Shown: positions 36,300-46,981, counted from the stretch's first letter. The stretch is 64,000 bases of DNA from Candidatus Omnitrophota bacterium (GCA_015233115.1 JADFYJ010000006.1:65801-129800); one strand, 5' to 3'. Program-made: numbers and translations. Notes: generated by a model not told the origin, from the letters alone.

Positions 36300-36593
36300 A
36301 TGAACATTCAACCATTAGGAGACAGGATCCTGGTCAAAGTACTAGCAGCAATGGAAACGACCAAGGGCGGTATTGTGTTGCCTGACACAGCCAAAGAAAA
36401 ACCACAAGAGGGTGAAATCGTGGCAGTTGGTAAAGGCCGCAAAGATGACAAAGGCAATGTGATCGCGTTGGAAGTCAAAGTGGGCGATAAGGTTTTGTAT
36501 GGCAAATATAGCGGTACTGAACTGACCACCAAAGAAGGCGAAGAATATTTAATTATGCGCGAAGAAGATGTTTTCGCAATAGTCAAAAAATAA
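36300..36593 (+). CDS. groES: Co-chaperonin GroES.
   Basis: [12 protein letters not shown]...GGIVLPD...GEIVAVG pattern. Confidence 0.95.
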   Translation: MNIQPLGDRILVKVLAAMETTKGGIVLPDTAKEKPQEGEIVAVGKGRKDDKGNVIALEVKVGDKVLYGKYSGTELTTKEGEEYLIMREEDVFAIVKK

Positions 36594-36617
36594 TAAATAG
36601 GGGAACATGATGTTTTA

Positions 36618-36702
36618 TTGTTGATGGTTGATAGTTTTTGGTTTTTGGAAAAAACGGATGATTTCAACAGCAAAATCAACAACCAACAACCAAAAACCGA
36701 CA
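36618..36702. repeat. Intergenic palindromic element, GGTTGTTGG subfamily. Forward TTGTTGATGGTTGATAGTTTTTGGTTTTTGG, core AAAAAACGGATGATTTC, reverse AACAACCAACAACCAAAAACC.
   Basis: Lies between groES and groEL. Confidence 0.75.
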
Positions 36703-36749
36703 CTTTAAATTTCGTGTCCCCCGACAAATAAAAATACGGAGGATATAAA

Positions 36750-38402
36750 ATGGCTAAACAATTAATTTATGATGATGAAGCAAGACGCGCGATATTGCGC
36801 GGCGTGGAACAATTGGCCCGCGCTGTCAAAGTGACATTAGGACCAAAAGGCCGTAATGTGGCGATTGACAAAAAATTCGGCTCACCGACTGTCACCAAAG
36901 ACGGTGTGACTGTAGCCAAAGAAGTTGAGTTAGATGACCCATTCGAAAATATGGGCGCGCAAATGGTCAAAGAAGTCGCTGAAAAAACTTCTGATATCGC
37001 TGGCGATGGTACTACCACAGCCACCATTTTGGCTGAAGCGATTTATAAGGAAGGTTTGAAAAACGTAACAGCCGGCGCTAATCCAATGGCTTTAAAACGC
37101 GGTATTGATAAAGCCGTGATTAAAGTGATTGAAAAAATTGGTAAATTAGCCAAGAAAATTGATGCCCGCAACACTAAAGAAGTTGAACAAGTGGCATGCA
37201 TCGCGGCTAACGGTGATGCTGAGATCGGTAAAAAAATTGCTGAAGCTTTCGACAAAGTAGGCAAAGATGCTCCAATTACGGTCGAAGAATCTAAAACCAT
37301 CCATACTGAATTAAAAGTGGTTGAAGGGATGCAATTCGATCAAGGATATCTTTCTCCGTATTTTTCAACAGATATGGAAAAGATGACTTGCTCAATGGAA
37401 GATCCTTTCATTTTGATCTACGAAAAAAAGATCTCCAATATTAAAGACATGCTTCCGCTTTTGGAAAAAGTCGCTAAAGCTGGCCGTTCTTTAGTCATTA
37501 TCGCTGAAGATGTGGAAGGTGAAGCATTAGCTACTTTAGTTGTGAACAATATGCGCAAAACCTTATCTTGCGTAGCTGTTAAAGCTCCGGGTTATGGCGA
37601 TCGTCGTAAGGCGATGTTGGAAGATATCGCTGTTTTGACCGGCGGCAAAGCTATTACGGAAGAATTAGGTATCAAGTTAGAAAATGTGAATGAAACTTAT
37701 TTAGGAAGCGCAAAAAAAGTGCAGGTTGATAAAGATAATACCACCATCGTAGAAGGTCACGGCGATCAAACCGCGATCAAAGGCCGTATTAAACAAATCA
37801 CCGCGCAGATTGACGCGACTGATTCTTCTTATGATAAAGAAAAATTAGTAGAGCGCAAAGCTAAATTAGCCGGTGGCGTGGCCATTATCAGTATCGGTGC
37901 TGCGACTGAAACCGAAATGAAAGAAAAGAAAGCCCGCGTAGAAGACGCGTTACATGCAACCCGCGCGGCCTTAGAAGAAGGTATTGTTCCTGGAGGCGGA
38001 GTGGCATTACTGCGCACCTTAGGTGTATTCGATACTTTGAAATTAGATGGCGACGAGAAAACCGGCGCGGAAATTGTTAAACGCGCGATAGAAGAACCGA
38101 TCCGCCAATTAGCCAAGAATGCTGGTGTCGAAGGTTCTGTGATTGTCGACAAATTAAAGAATGAAAAAGATAACATTGGTTATGACATGAACAAAGATGT
38201 TTACGGCGACATGATCGAATCCGGTATTATCGATCCGGCCAAGGTGACCCGTACTGCGTTACAAAACGCCGCATCTATCGCGTCATTATTGTTAACCACT
38301 GAAGCCTTAATTACTGACCTTCCTGAAAAAGATAAGGGCGGAATGCCGGGTGGAATGCCTCCGGGTATGGGCGGCATGGGTGGCATGGGCGGAATGATGT
38401 AA
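36750..38402 (+). CDS. groEL: Chaperonin GroEL.
   Basis: Full-length Cpn60 with a C-terminal GGM repeat tail ([10 protein letters not shown]). Confidence 0.97.
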   Translation: MAKQLIYDDEARRAILRGVEQLARAVKVTLGPKGRNVAIDKKFGSPTVTKDGVTVAKEVELDDPFENMGAQMVKEVAEKTSDIAGDGTTTATILAEAIYKEGLKNVTAGANPMALKRGIDKAVIKVIEKIGKLAKKIDARNTKEVEQVACIAANGDAEIGKKIAEAFDKVGKDAPITVEESKTIHTELKVVEGMQFDQGYLSPYFSTDMEKMTCSMEDPFILIYEKKISNIKDMLPLLEKVAKAGRSLVIIAEDVEGEALATLVVNNMRKTLSCVAVKAPGYGDRRKAMLEDIAVLTGGKAITEELGIKLENVNETYLGSAKKVQVDKDNTTIVEGHGDQTAIKGRIKQITAQIDATDSSYDKEKLVERKAKLAGGVAIISIGAATETEMKEKKARVEDALHATRAALEEGIVPGGGVALLRTLGVFDTLKLDGDEKTGAEIVKRAIEEPIRQLAKNAGVEGSVIVDKLKNEKDNIGYDMNKDVYGDMIESGIIDPAKVTRTALQNAASIASLLLTTEALITDLPEKDKGGMPGGMPPGMGGMGGMGGMM

Positions 38403-38503
38403 AAAAAATGGTGTCTGCTCTCGACTAAAAAACATAAGACAGCGCTTTGCGCTGTCTTATGTTTTTTAAACAAGTGTTTAAAGTCGAGATCTGACACCAT
38501 TTT
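38403..38503. terminator. Compound terminator. Inner hairpin CATAAGACAGCGC-tttg-GCGCTGTCTTATG (38437-38466) with a T-run, nested inside the outer inverted repeat AAAAATGGTGTCTGCTCTCGAC / GTCGAGATCTGACACCATTTTTTT.
   Basis: Both pairings were read directly. The outer-arm motif GGTGTCTG.TCTCGA recurs at 39901-39926. Confidence 0.65.
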
Positions 38504-38504
38504 T

Positions 38505-39689
38505 TTGGAAGATAGACAAGCAACAAAAAACAAAATAACATCAACAATCGCTTCTAATCTATCTTCTCCCGTCTATTCTCTATCATCTGACAATTTAGCC
38601 ATTCCTCCAGATCTATTAAGCAAGGTCTGGATCGTTCCAGCCCACGCGAAAGTGTATGAAAACGGCTCAACTGCGTATGTGGTAGAGGCTAAATTGAAGG
38701 TCATGCTGGAAGATGAATATTTTAAAGAAAATAGAAAAGAGAAAATAGACGATAGACAAGCCACAAAAAACAAAACAACATCATCAGCCGCTTCTAATCT
38801 ATCTTCTCCCATCTATCGTCTATCATCTTTTACAAAACAAATTATCATTCCTGCCATAGAAAAAGAAGTCAATGAAGGCGCGCATTTTGCCCAGCTTCGG
38901 CAAATTTATAGCGCTATGGTTTTGGCTACCTGGTATAAACAAAGAATGAAAGAGTCTCTGCTCGGCCAAATCTTTGTTAATAAAAATAAAACCAAAGGGT
39001 TTGATACGAGCGACAAACAGATCACCCGAAAAATTTATGACCAGTATTTAGAATCTTTTAAAAAAGGTGTGGCGAATTATATTAAAGAAGAATATGACCC
39101 TCTTAAACAGGAAATGGTCAGCCGCAAATATTTTACCGGTGGAGAGGATTATGCTCAGTTGAATGAGACAACAGCAATTGTTCCTATAAGTCAAATCTCG
39201 GATCAGGATAAAGCGGTTTTAAGTCAAACGAATAACAGTTTGGTCGTAGTTTCTTTGCATGAACTGAATGTTAGTCTGAAAGGGGCGAATCAAGTTGTCA
39301 GAGAACAAGTTATTCATCCGGAAATGGTAGAAGAACTTTGGCGGCGAATTCAAGAAATTGATAGACGCTTATCTATTTCCAGAGCGGCTATGAATGGTGA
39401 AAAAGTAGCAATAACAAATATTTTTGAAGAATTATTGCGTATTATAAATTTTGATAAGAAAAATTTAACTACAGGAAAAGATCAAAAAAATCAATTAACA
39501 TTGCTAAAACGCGCTAAAATTGCGGCATTTTACGTAATTTTGAATGCCGGCTCAGATAAGATTCACCGTGTTGAAATCCGCACATTCATAAAATCCTTGA
39601 CTCTGGACCATCGGTGTTTTAAAGTTTCAAAAGTGTTATACATGGCGTATCCTTTCTGTTCTGGGCTGACATGGGTCAACCCTGGTTGA
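38505..39689 (+). CDS. Hypothetical protein carrying the same unassigned conserved domain as residues about 175-330 of the 2696-aa protein, plus an internal 82-bp in-frame duplication.
   Basis: Both proteins share LSKVWIVP, AKLKV, IPAIEK.VNEG, LRQIY, LATW, DKQ, KIY.QYL and FIKEEYDP...YFTGG. No ATG in frame near the 5' end (TTG at 38505), so the start is uncertain. Confidence 0.5.
   Translation: MEDRQATKNKITSTIASNLSSPVYSLSSDNLAIPPDLLSKVWIVPAHAKVYENGSTAYVVEAKLKVMLEDEYFKENRKEKIDDRQATKNKTTSSAASNLSSPIYRLSSFTKQIIIPAIEKEVNEGAHFAQLRQIYSAMVLATWYKQRMKESLLGQIFVNKNKTKGFDTSDKQITRKIYDQYLESFKKGVANYIKEEYDPLKQEMVSRKYFTGGEDYAQLNETTAIVPISQISDQDKAVLSQTNNSLVVVSLHELNVSLKGANQVVREQVIHPEMVEELWRRIQEIDRRLSISRAAMNGEKVAITNIFEELLRIINFDKKNLTTGKDQKNQLTLLKRAKIAAFYVILNAGSDKIHRVEIRTFIKSLTLDHRCFKVSKVLYMAYPFCSGLTWVNPG
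38507..38829 (+). repeat. Two 82-bp direct repeats (38507-38588 and 38748-38829, about 90% identical) inside the CDS. Each encodes DRQATKNK.TS..ASNLSSP.Y.LSS.
   Basis: GATAGACAAGC.ACAAAAAACAAAA.AACATCA.CA..CGCTTCTAATCTATCTTCTCCC.TCTAT..TCTATCATCT was read in both copies. Confidence 0.8.
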
Positions 39690-39946
39690 TATATCCAAAC
39701 AGAAAGATACGCCTTTTTAAAAATCTTGCAACTGGATCCCCGATTAAAGCGTTCGGGGATGACAAAGATCGAATTTACACACTTTATGGTATATCACCTT
39801 AAAAAATCAAAAGTTGACAATTGAAGGCAAAACTAATATAGTATATCTTTCCAAATAATATATATTTAGCCCTTAAAAGAGATAATAATCGCATAAACAT
39901 GGTGTCTGATCTCGATCTGACACCTTTTTTAAAATGGAGGATTTAC

Positions 39947-41107
39947 ATGGGTGAATGGATCGGGATAGACCGGCGGGCTCGTAGATGTTACGGTTTTGAT
40001 GAAATTTCGCTTGTGCCGGGCATGCAAACTATAAATCCCAATGAAGTGGATGTGACTCTTAAAATTGGTAATATGAAATTTGGCATCCCCATTATGGCTG
40101 CGGCCATGGATGGTGTGGTTGATGTGAACTTTTTGATTGCTATGGGTAAGTTAGGCGGTATTGCGGTGTTGAACTTAGACGGTGTTCAGACCCGCTATGA
40201 AGATCCCAGCCAGATTTTAAATGAAATCGCAGAAGCTTCGACTGAAAAAGCTACGGAACTTCTTCAAAAATTATATCAGCCCGCTATAAAAGAATCTTTG
40301 ATTTCAAAACGGATTGAGCAGATTAAAGCGGCGAATGTACCGGCTTTTATCAGCTGTATTCCTCAGCACGCGGAACGTTTTGGTAAAATATCTCAAGAAG
40401 CCGGGGCAGACTGCTTTGTGGTTCAATCCCAGGTATCTTCAGCCAAACATATTTCCACGGAATATAAAGTGTGTGATTACGGTGAGTTATGTTCGGGATT
40501 AAAAATTCCGGTTATGATTGGTAATGCTGTTACATACAAAATGACGTTATCTCTTTTGGAATTAGGCGCCAGCGGGGTTTTGATTGGTGTTGGTCCTGGA
40601 GCGGCATGTACGACCCGCGGGGTGTTGGGAATTGGTGTACCGCAGATTACAGCTACGATAGACGCGTCAGCAGCCCGCGATCATTATTATAAGAGGACCG
40701 GACGCTATGTTCCGATTATCACAGATGGCGGCATGCGTATAGGAGGAGAAATTTGTAAAGCTTTTGCTTCAGGTGCTGACGGGGTCATGGTCGGGTCGGC
40801 TTTTGCTAAAGCGAAAGAAGCTCCGGGCCATGGTAATCATTGGGGTATGGCTACGTCTCACGCGAATTTACCACGCGGTACACGGGTCAGGGTGGGAACG
40901 ACCGGAACTTTAGAGCAAATTCTTTTGGGACCAGCGAATGTGGATGATGGTTCACAAAATTTGGTCGGTGCTTTAAAAACGTCCATGGGATCTTTGGGTG
41001 CTAAAAATTTGAAAGAAATGCATGATGTGGAGATGATTATTGCTCCATCGATTCAGACCGAAGGAAAAGTGTTTCAGGTAGGCCAGCGGGTGGGGATGGG
41101 GAAATAG
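39947..41107 (+). CDS. IMP dehydrogenase/GMP reductase family protein without a CBS pair (GuaB-like).
   Basis: TIM-barrel IMPDH motifs (GVGPGAACTTRGVLGIGVPQ catalytic Cys loop; ITDGGMRIGGEI). SD GGAGG before the ATG at 39947; 39899-39946 lies in the hairpin repeat. Confidence 0.7.
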   Translation: MGEWIGIDRRARRCYGFDEISLVPGMQTINPNEVDVTLKIGNMKFGIPIMAAAMDGVVDVNFLIAMGKLGGIAVLNLDGVQTRYEDPSQILNEIAEASTEKATELLQKLYQPAIKESLISKRIEQIKAANVPAFISCIPQHAERFGKISQEAGADCFVVQSQVSSAKHISTEYKVCDYGELCSGLKIPVMIGNAVTYKMTLSLLELGASGVLIGVGPGAACTTRGVLGIGVPQITATIDASAARDHYYKRTGRYVPIITDGGMRIGGEICKAFASGADGVMVGSAFAKAKEAPGHGNHWGMATSHANLPRGTRVRVGTTGTLEQILLGPANVDDGSQNLVGALKTSMGSLGAKNLKEMHDVEMIIAPSIQTEGKVFQVGQRVGMGK

Positions 41108-41114
41108 TGAAACA

Positions 41115-41279
41115 GTATGTGGTATGTGGCATGTAGTATGTAGTATGTAGTATGTAGTATGTAGGGAAAAGCGATTGGTGTGAAATGCTATGGAGAACTC
41201 AGCTCTTCCTGTATAAAAATTTTTTTTATATTTTTTAATTTTTTTACTACATACGACATACTACGAACTACATACTATC
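41115..41279. repeat. Intergenic palindromic element, GTATGTRG subfamily. Forward arm 41115-41164 with 6 or more tandem TATGTAG units, core GGAAAAGCGATTGGTGTGAAATG, reverse arm 41240-41279.
   Basis: Read directly. Confidence 0.85.
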
Positions 41280-41305
41280 AAAACTATTAAATGAGGCATG
41301 CATCT

Positions 41306-43036
41306 ATGGTAAAAAAACAAGTGAAAAAAGAACAAAAAAAACAGGCAGTCGCAGCGAAAAAGCAAGTGATGAAACCCGCACAAGTCATGAAACCGGCTAA
41401 ACGTAAAGGCCTTTTTAGATCTGGCCATCATGCTGGACTTGGATCTAAGGTCAAGGTCAAAGGTTTTGGACTTTCTGTCCGGGTTAAAAAACAGAAAAGC
41501 AAAGATCTGATCATTGTGCTTGATTTTGGTTCTCAATATACTCAGCTGATTGCCCGGCGTATCCGCGAAGCTAAAGTATACAGCAAGATTGTTCCTTACA
41601 CTATTACGGTAGATGAAATAAAAGAGATGCAGCCGAAAGGGATTATTTTGTCCGGCGGGCCGATGAGCGTTTATGATCAAGGCGCGCCTATTCCTCAAAA
41701 AGGGTTATTCGAATTAGGCATTCCGGTTTTGGGTATTTGTTACGGGATGCAGGTGATTAGTCATATATTCGGTGGAAAAGTTCAGGGAAGTAAAGAACGC
41801 GAATTTGGACGCGCGGAGTTATTTGTGGATAGTAATTTAGATTTGTTCGCGAATCTACCGACGAACATGACCTGCTGGATGAGTCACAGCGATGAAATCA
41901 AGGTTATGCCAAAAGGTTTCATGAAGATTGCCCATACTCTGAACGCGGAAGTCGCGGCGATTGCTAACCGGAGTAAGAAAATATATGGGGTACAGTTTCA
42001 TCCGGAAGTTATTCACACGCAGCGCGGCGCTCAGATATTGAGCAACTTCGCGAATAGTATTTGTGGATGTTTACCTCGTTGGACCATGGATAAATTTATT
42101 GATAATGCTATCCGTTTGATTAAAGAACAGGTTAAAGATGGCAAAGTGGTGTTGGGTTTAAGCGGCGGAGTTGATTCATCCGTGGCTGCGATTTTACTTC
42201 ATAAAGCCATAGGGAACCGTTTGTATTGCATTTTTGTTGATAACGGTCTTTTGCGTAAAGATGAAGCGTCTAAAGTTCAAAAAACTTTTAAGACTAACTT
42301 TAACATGAACATGAGCACAGTGAACGCTGAAACCAATTTCTTGAAGCGGTTGAAAGGCGTGACTGATCCGGAAGAAAAACGTAAAATTATTGGCGATGAA
42401 TTTATCAATGTGTTCACGGAAAAAGCCAATAAGATTAAGAATGTAAAATTTTTAGCTCAAGGCACATTATATCCTGACGTGATCGAATCCATATCACCCA
42501 AAGGCGGGCCTTCAGCTGTGATCAAGTCGCATCACAATGTGGGCGGGCTTCCTAAGTCTTTGAAAATGGAATTGATTGAGCCTTTTAGAGAATTGTTTAA
42601 AGATGAAGTGCGAATTATCGGCAAACATTTGGCTATGCCGGATACAGTGTTGAACCGTCAGCCATTCCCAGGACCTGGATTAGGAATACGTATTTTGGGC
42701 GAGGTTACGCGCGAACGTTTGGAGATTTTGCGCGAAGCCGATGAACGGGTGGTGGAAGAGATTAAAAAAGCTGGTTTATATAATCAAGTATGGCAGTCAT
42801 TCGCGGTATTGCTTCCGGTCAAGACTGTTGGAGTCATGGGTGACCAGCGTACATATGAAAATGTCATCGCGATCCGCTGCGTGACTAGTATTGACGGCAT
42901 GACAGCTGACTGGGCGCAAATTCCTTATGAAGTGTTAGGAAAAATATCCAATCGCATTATCAATGAAGTCAAAGGCGTGAATCGTGTCGTATATGACATT
43001 AGCTCGAAACCGCCGGCAACGATTGAGTGGGAATAG
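41306..43036 (+). CDS. guaA: GMP synthase (glutamine-hydrolysing) with a Lys-rich N-terminal extension of about 65 aa.
   Basis: GATase (GICYGMQ), ATP-PPase SGGVDSSV, C-terminal dimerisation domain. SD GAGG before the ATG at 41306; the canonical GuaA start ([12 protein letters not shown]) is about 70 aa in. Confidence 0.9.
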   Translation: MVKKQVKKEQKKQAVAAKKQVMKPAQVMKPAKRKGLFRSGHHAGLGSKVKVKGFGLSVRVKKQKSKDLIIVLDFGSQYTQLIARRIREAKVYSKIVPYTITVDEIKEMQPKGIILSGGPMSVYDQGAPIPQKGLFELGIPVLGICYGMQVISHIFGGKVQGSKEREFGRAELFVDSNLDLFANLPTNMTCWMSHSDEIKVMPKGFMKIAHTLNAEVAAIANRSKKIYGVQFHPEVIHTQRGAQILSNFANSICGCLPRWTMDKFIDNAIRLIKEQVKDGKVVLGLSGGVDSSVAAILLHKAIGNRLYCIFVDNGLLRKDEASKVQKTFKTNFNMNMSTVNAETNFLKRLKGVTDPEEKRKIIGDEFINVFTEKANKIKNVKFLAQGTLYPDVIESISPKGGPSAVIKSHHNVGGLPKSLKMELIEPFRELFKDEVRIIGKHLAMPDTVLNRQPFPGPGLGIRILGEVTRERLEILREADERVVEEIKKAGLYNQVWQSFAVLLPVKTVGVMGDQRTYENVIAIRCVTSIDGMTADWAQIPYEVLGKISNRIINEVKGVNRVVYDISSKPPATIEWE

Positions 43037-43042
43037 GAAAAA

Positions 43043-43467
43043 GTAACCGAGTAACCGAGTAACAGAGTGACAAAGAAAAAACGATTAATGCTAAAAACGT
43101 CTATGGGAAAAAGGTTACAAGATATAGGCAAAAAAATATATTTGGATGATAGAAAACAAGCAATAGGAAAAATTGTATTTAATTTGTTAATTTTGTGATT
43201 TTGGTTTAAATTTTATATAAGATTATTAATTATTTATATTATTGTTTTTATCGGTTGTTTTGGGTTTTTATGGTTGCTATAATTTTTAAATTTTATTTTA
43301 GGTTTGTAAGGCTATTTTTTTAATTTTTGGGTTATTGATAACCTTTCACTTTGTTGCTTTTTGAGGGGATTTTTGTAATTTTTTAAAGCTTTATTTTTTT
43401 TTGTTTTTTTAAAGTTTTATTATAAATTTTGCTCTGTTACTCGGTTACTCGGTTACTTTGTTACTCT
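43043..43467. repeat. Intergenic palindromic element, GTAACNGA subfamily, with a long (about 350 bp) AT-rich spacer. Forward arm 43043-43075, core AAAAAACGATTAATGC, reverse arm 43428-43467.
   Basis: GTAACCGAGTAACCGAGTAACAGAGTGACAAAG versus its inverse. Occupies the entire guaA-dnaE intergenic region. Confidence 0.8.
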
Positions 43468-43489
43468 TTTACGAGCTGCCCATTTTAAT

Positions 43490-46400
43490 ATGTCCAATTT
43501 CGTCCATCTTCATGTCCACACCCAATATAGTCTTCTCGACGGTGCTTGTCGGGTAGATGACATTATGCGTAAAGCTGTTGAATATCAGATGCCAGCTGTG
43601 GCCATGACGGATCATGGCAACATGTTCGGCGCTCTGGATTTTTATTTAGCGGCTAAGAAGAAAAATATTAAGCCTATCTTGGGCTGCGAAGGATATGTCG
43701 TAAAAAAAGGCAGCCGGTTTGACCGCTCCAATGAACAACGGGGGAATTTGTCGCATCTCGTCCTGTTCGCCAAAAATAATCAAGGGTATCACAATCTCAT
43801 TAAATTAGTTTCGCATGGTTATCTGGACGGATTTTATTATCATCCGCGCATGGATAAAGAATTGCTGGCTCAGCATTCAGAAGGATTGATCGCCTCATCC
43901 GCGTGTTTAAAAGGGGAAATCGCGCAATGCATCAGAGACGGCAATTTTAATTCCGCGTTAAAAATCGCGGATGAAATGCAATCATTATTCGGACGGGGAA
44001 ATTTTTATCTTGAACTCATGGACCATGGGATTTCCGAACAAATGGTGGTGAACCGGGAAATTTTAAAAATCGCCAAAACTTTGGATATACCGGTGATCGC
44101 GACCAATGATGTGCATTATATTGAGCAGAGTCAATCCCGCGCGCATGACGCGCTGTTATGTATCCAAACGCAAACCACTCTCGATGATCCCAAGCGGATG
44201 CGCATGTCGTCCGACCAGTTTTATTTCAAAAGTCCGGATGAAATGTTTTATCTTTTTAAGGAAGTTCCAGAGGCATTGTCGAATACGTTAAAGATCGCGG
44301 AGCAATGCGCGGTTGATTTTAAATTTGGTGAATATCATCTGCCTGTTTTTACCCCGCCTGAAGGCAAGACTCAATCTCAATATATCCGGGAATTATGTGA
44401 ACAAGGGATGGTTCGCCGTTATCCTAACGCGACACCGGAATTGAAAGAGCGTTTAGATTATGAATTACGGGTTATTGAAAAAATGGGATTCATTCCATAT
44501 TTTTTAATTGTCTGGGATTTTATCGCGTATGCCAAGAGTCAGGGAATTCCGGTTGGTCCAGGCCGCGGTTCTGCCGCCGGAAGTATTATCAGTTATCTGC
44601 TGGGCATTACAGATTTGGATCCGATTAAATACGGTCTTATCTTTGAACGGTTTATGAATCCTGACCGGAAAGGGATGCCGGATATTGATATCGATTTTTG
44701 CTTCGAACGCAGGCAGGAAGTTATTGACTATGTGAACCGCAAGTATGGCAGGGAAAATGTTGCCCAAATTATCACGTTCGGAACTATGAAAGCGAAAGCT
44801 GTGATTCGTGACGTGGGACGGGCTTTTGGCGTCCCTTACTCGGATGTGGACCGGATCGCGAAATTAGTGCCGAACGAATTAGGGATCACGCTTGATCAGG
44901 CTTTGGAAAAAGAACCGAAATTAAAAGAGCTTTGTGAGACGGACCGGGCTGCCGCGGATATTATGGAGATTGCTAAAGTGCTGGAAGGATTGAACCGTCA
45001 CGCCGGAATGCACGCGGCAGGAGTCGTGATCGCGGATAAACCATTGATGGAATATGTGCCGTTGTATAAAACGGCTGATGACCAGATTACGACAGGGTTT
45101 GAAAAAGATTTTGTGGAGAAGATCGGCCTCTTAAAAATGGATTTTCTGGGGCTAAAGACTCTGACGCTTATTCATGACGCTTTGCGGATTATCAAAGAAC
45201 GGAAAAAACTGGATATCAATATTCTTAATATTCCGCTGGATGACAAGAAAACTTTTCAGCTATTGTGTGCGGGAAACGCGTTTGGAGTGTTTCAGTTGGA
45301 AAGCGCGGGTATGCGTGATTTGTTGCGCAAATCTCAACCGGATCAGTTCGAGGATATCATCGCTATTGAAGCGCTTTACCGTCCTGGTCCTATGGGCAGC
45401 GGCATGCTGGATGACTTTGTGAAACGTAAACGCGGGGAAATGTCTTTTCAATATGATCACCCCAAGATGGAGCCGATCCTGAAAGACACTTACGGCATCA
45501 TGGTCTATCAAGAACAGGTTATGAAAATTCCAGTCGCGCTGGCCAATTTTACCATGACTCAGGCAGACCATTTACGCCGGGCTATGAGCAAAAAAGACCA
45601 GGGTGTTATGCAGGACATGCGTAAATCTTTTGTTGAGGGATGCCAGACCCACAGTCAGATTCCGCCGGAAAAAGCGGAACGTTTATTTGATCTGATTGAC
45701 CATTTTTCCGGATATGGTTTTAACCGAAGCCATTCCGCGACTTATGCTTTGATCTCTTATCAGACGGCTTATTTGAAGGCCAATTATCCGGTTGAATTTA
45801 TGTGTGCTTTGCTTAACAGCGAAATTGCGAACACGGATAAAATCGTGGAATACGTCAAAGAAACTGACGCTATGGGAATTGAAGTCCTGCCTCCGGATGT
45901 TAATGAGAGTCAGAAACGGTTTAGTGTGATCAATGAAAAAGCCATCCGTTTTGGATTGTTAGCCATAAAAAATGTCGGAGGGACAGCTATTGACTCTTTG
46001 ATTGAAAACCGGGGCAGCGGGTACAAGACACTTTTTCAATTATGTGAAAAGGCTGATTTGCGTTTAGTCAACAGGAAGGTATTGGAAAGTCTCATTAAAG
46101 CCGGGGCTTTGGATTGTTTAAAAATATTCCGTTCCCAGCTTATGGCTGTGTTGGATCGTCATTTGGAACTGGCGGGAAAGAATCAGAAAGAAAAATCCAG
46201 CGGCCAGGTTTCGTTTTTTGATATTTTGGGAAGTGATAACAGTTTTAATAATGATGTGGGAAAAATTCCTGATATCCGTGAATGGGACAAGAATCAAATG
46301 CTGGCTTTTGAAAAAGAAATTTTGGGCTTTTACGTGAGCGGACATCCTTTGATGCAGTATCAGGTTGAAATACAAGAGTTTACGGGAATGAACACCAAGA

Positions 46401-46918
46401 AATTAAAGGTGGCTTCAGATGGAGAAAATGTCCGGTTGGTCGGCATGATTATAGGTGTTAAATTGACAGTGACGAAACGCACGCAGGAGAGAATGGCGAT
46501 CCTCAAAGTCGAGGATATGGAAGGCGAGACTGAAGTGGTCTTGTTTCCATCAACGTATGAAAAAATCGGCGACCAGATTCTAGACGGAGAAGTGGTTTTT
46601 ATTACCGGAAAGATCAATATCCGCGATGGTTCAGCCAATATTATTGCCGATGACATCAAACATATACATGACATTTATTCGTCGATCAAGGCCATTAATG
46701 TAGATCTGGCTTTTTCCGGAAGGTCCGTATTTGAAAATTTGAAAGACCGTTTGAGCCATTATCCTGGAAGTGTCCCTGTGTATCTTAAAGTAAAAACCAA
46801 AGATAACCGAGCTGTTCAGATTTTAGTAGAAAAAAATCTATACGTTTCCCCGAATGAAAAATTAATGACAGAACTGAAAACGCTGGTAGGCAAAGAGAAT
46901 GTGACCTTGACGTTTTAA
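43490..46918 (+). CDS. dnaE: DNA polymerase III alpha subunit.
   Basis: PHP domain (FVHLHVHTQYSLLDG), polymerase core, OB fold; 1142 aa. Confidence 0.95.
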   Translation: MSNFVHLHVHTQYSLLDGACRVDDIMRKAVEYQMPAVAMTDHGNMFGALDFYLAAKKKNIKPILGCEGYVVKKGSRFDRSNEQRGNLSHLVLFAKNNQGYHNLIKLVSHGYLDGFYYHPRMDKELLAQHSEGLIASSACLKGEIAQCIRDGNFNSALKIADEMQSLFGRGNFYLELMDHGISEQMVVNREILKIAKTLDIPVIATNDVHYIEQSQSRAHDALLCIQTQTTLDDPKRMRMSSDQFYFKSPDEMFYLFKEVPEALSNTLKIAEQCAVDFKFGEYHLPVFTPPEGKTQSQYIRELCEQGMVRRYPNATPELKERLDYELRVIEKMGFIPYFLIVWDFIAYAKSQGIPVGPGRGSAAGSIISYLLGITDLDPIKYGLIFERFMNPDRKGMPDIDIDFCFERRQEVIDYVNRKYGRENVAQIITFGTMKAKAVIRDVGRAFGVPYSDVDRIAKLVPNELGITLDQALEKEPKLKELCETDRAAADIMEIAKVLEGLNRHAGMHAAGVVIADKPLMEYVPLYKTADDQITTGFEKDFVEKIGLLKMDFLGLKTLTLIHDALRIIKERKKLDINILNIPLDDKKTFQLLCAGNAFGVFQLESAGMRDLLRKSQPDQFEDIIAIEALYRPGPMGSGMLDDFVKRKRGEMSFQYDHPKMEPILKDTYGIMVYQEQVMKIPVALANFTMTQADHLRRAMSKKDQGVMQDMRKSFVEGCQTHSQIPPEKAERLFDLIDHFSGYGFNRSHSATYALISYQTAYLKANYPVEFMCALLNSEIANTDKIVEYVKETDAMGIEVLPPDVNESQKRFSVINEKAIRFGLLAIKNVGGTAIDSLIENRGSGYKTLFQLCEKADLRLVNRKVLESLIKAGALDCLKIFRSQLMAVLDRHLELAGKNQKEKSSGQVSFFDILGSDNSFNNDVGKIPDIREWDKNQMLAFEKEILGFYVSGHPLMQYQVEIQEFTGMNTKKLKVASDGENVRLVGMIIGVKLTVTKRTQERMAILKVEDMEGETEVVLFPSTYEKIGDQILDGEVVFITGKINIRDGSANIIADDIKHIHDIYSSIKAINVDLAFSGRSVFENLKDRLSHYPGSVPVYLKVKTKDNRAVQILVEKNLYVSPNEKLMTELKTLVGKENVTLTF

Positions 46919-46924
46919 AATCGC

Positions 46925-46953
46925 TTGACACTATAAGATGTTGTTGCTACTAT
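46925..46953 (+). promoter_or_regulatory. Sigma70-like promoter for the HU gene: -35 TTGACA (46925-46930), 17-bp spacer, -10 TACTAT (46948-46953).
   Basis: Consensus-like hexamers with correct spacing; SD AAGGAG follows. Confidence 0.5.
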
Positions 46954-46981
46954 ACTTACCGCATTGCAAGGAGAAAATAAA

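Noticed and set aside
41115-41164. Tandem 7-8-bp units (TATGTAG x6, GTAACNGA x3-4, etc.) were considered as CRISPR arrays.
   Set aside because: Units are 7-8 bp with no unique spacers. They occur as inverted pairs around AT-rich spacers. Nothing resembles 28-37-bp repeats with spacers, and no cas genes are present.
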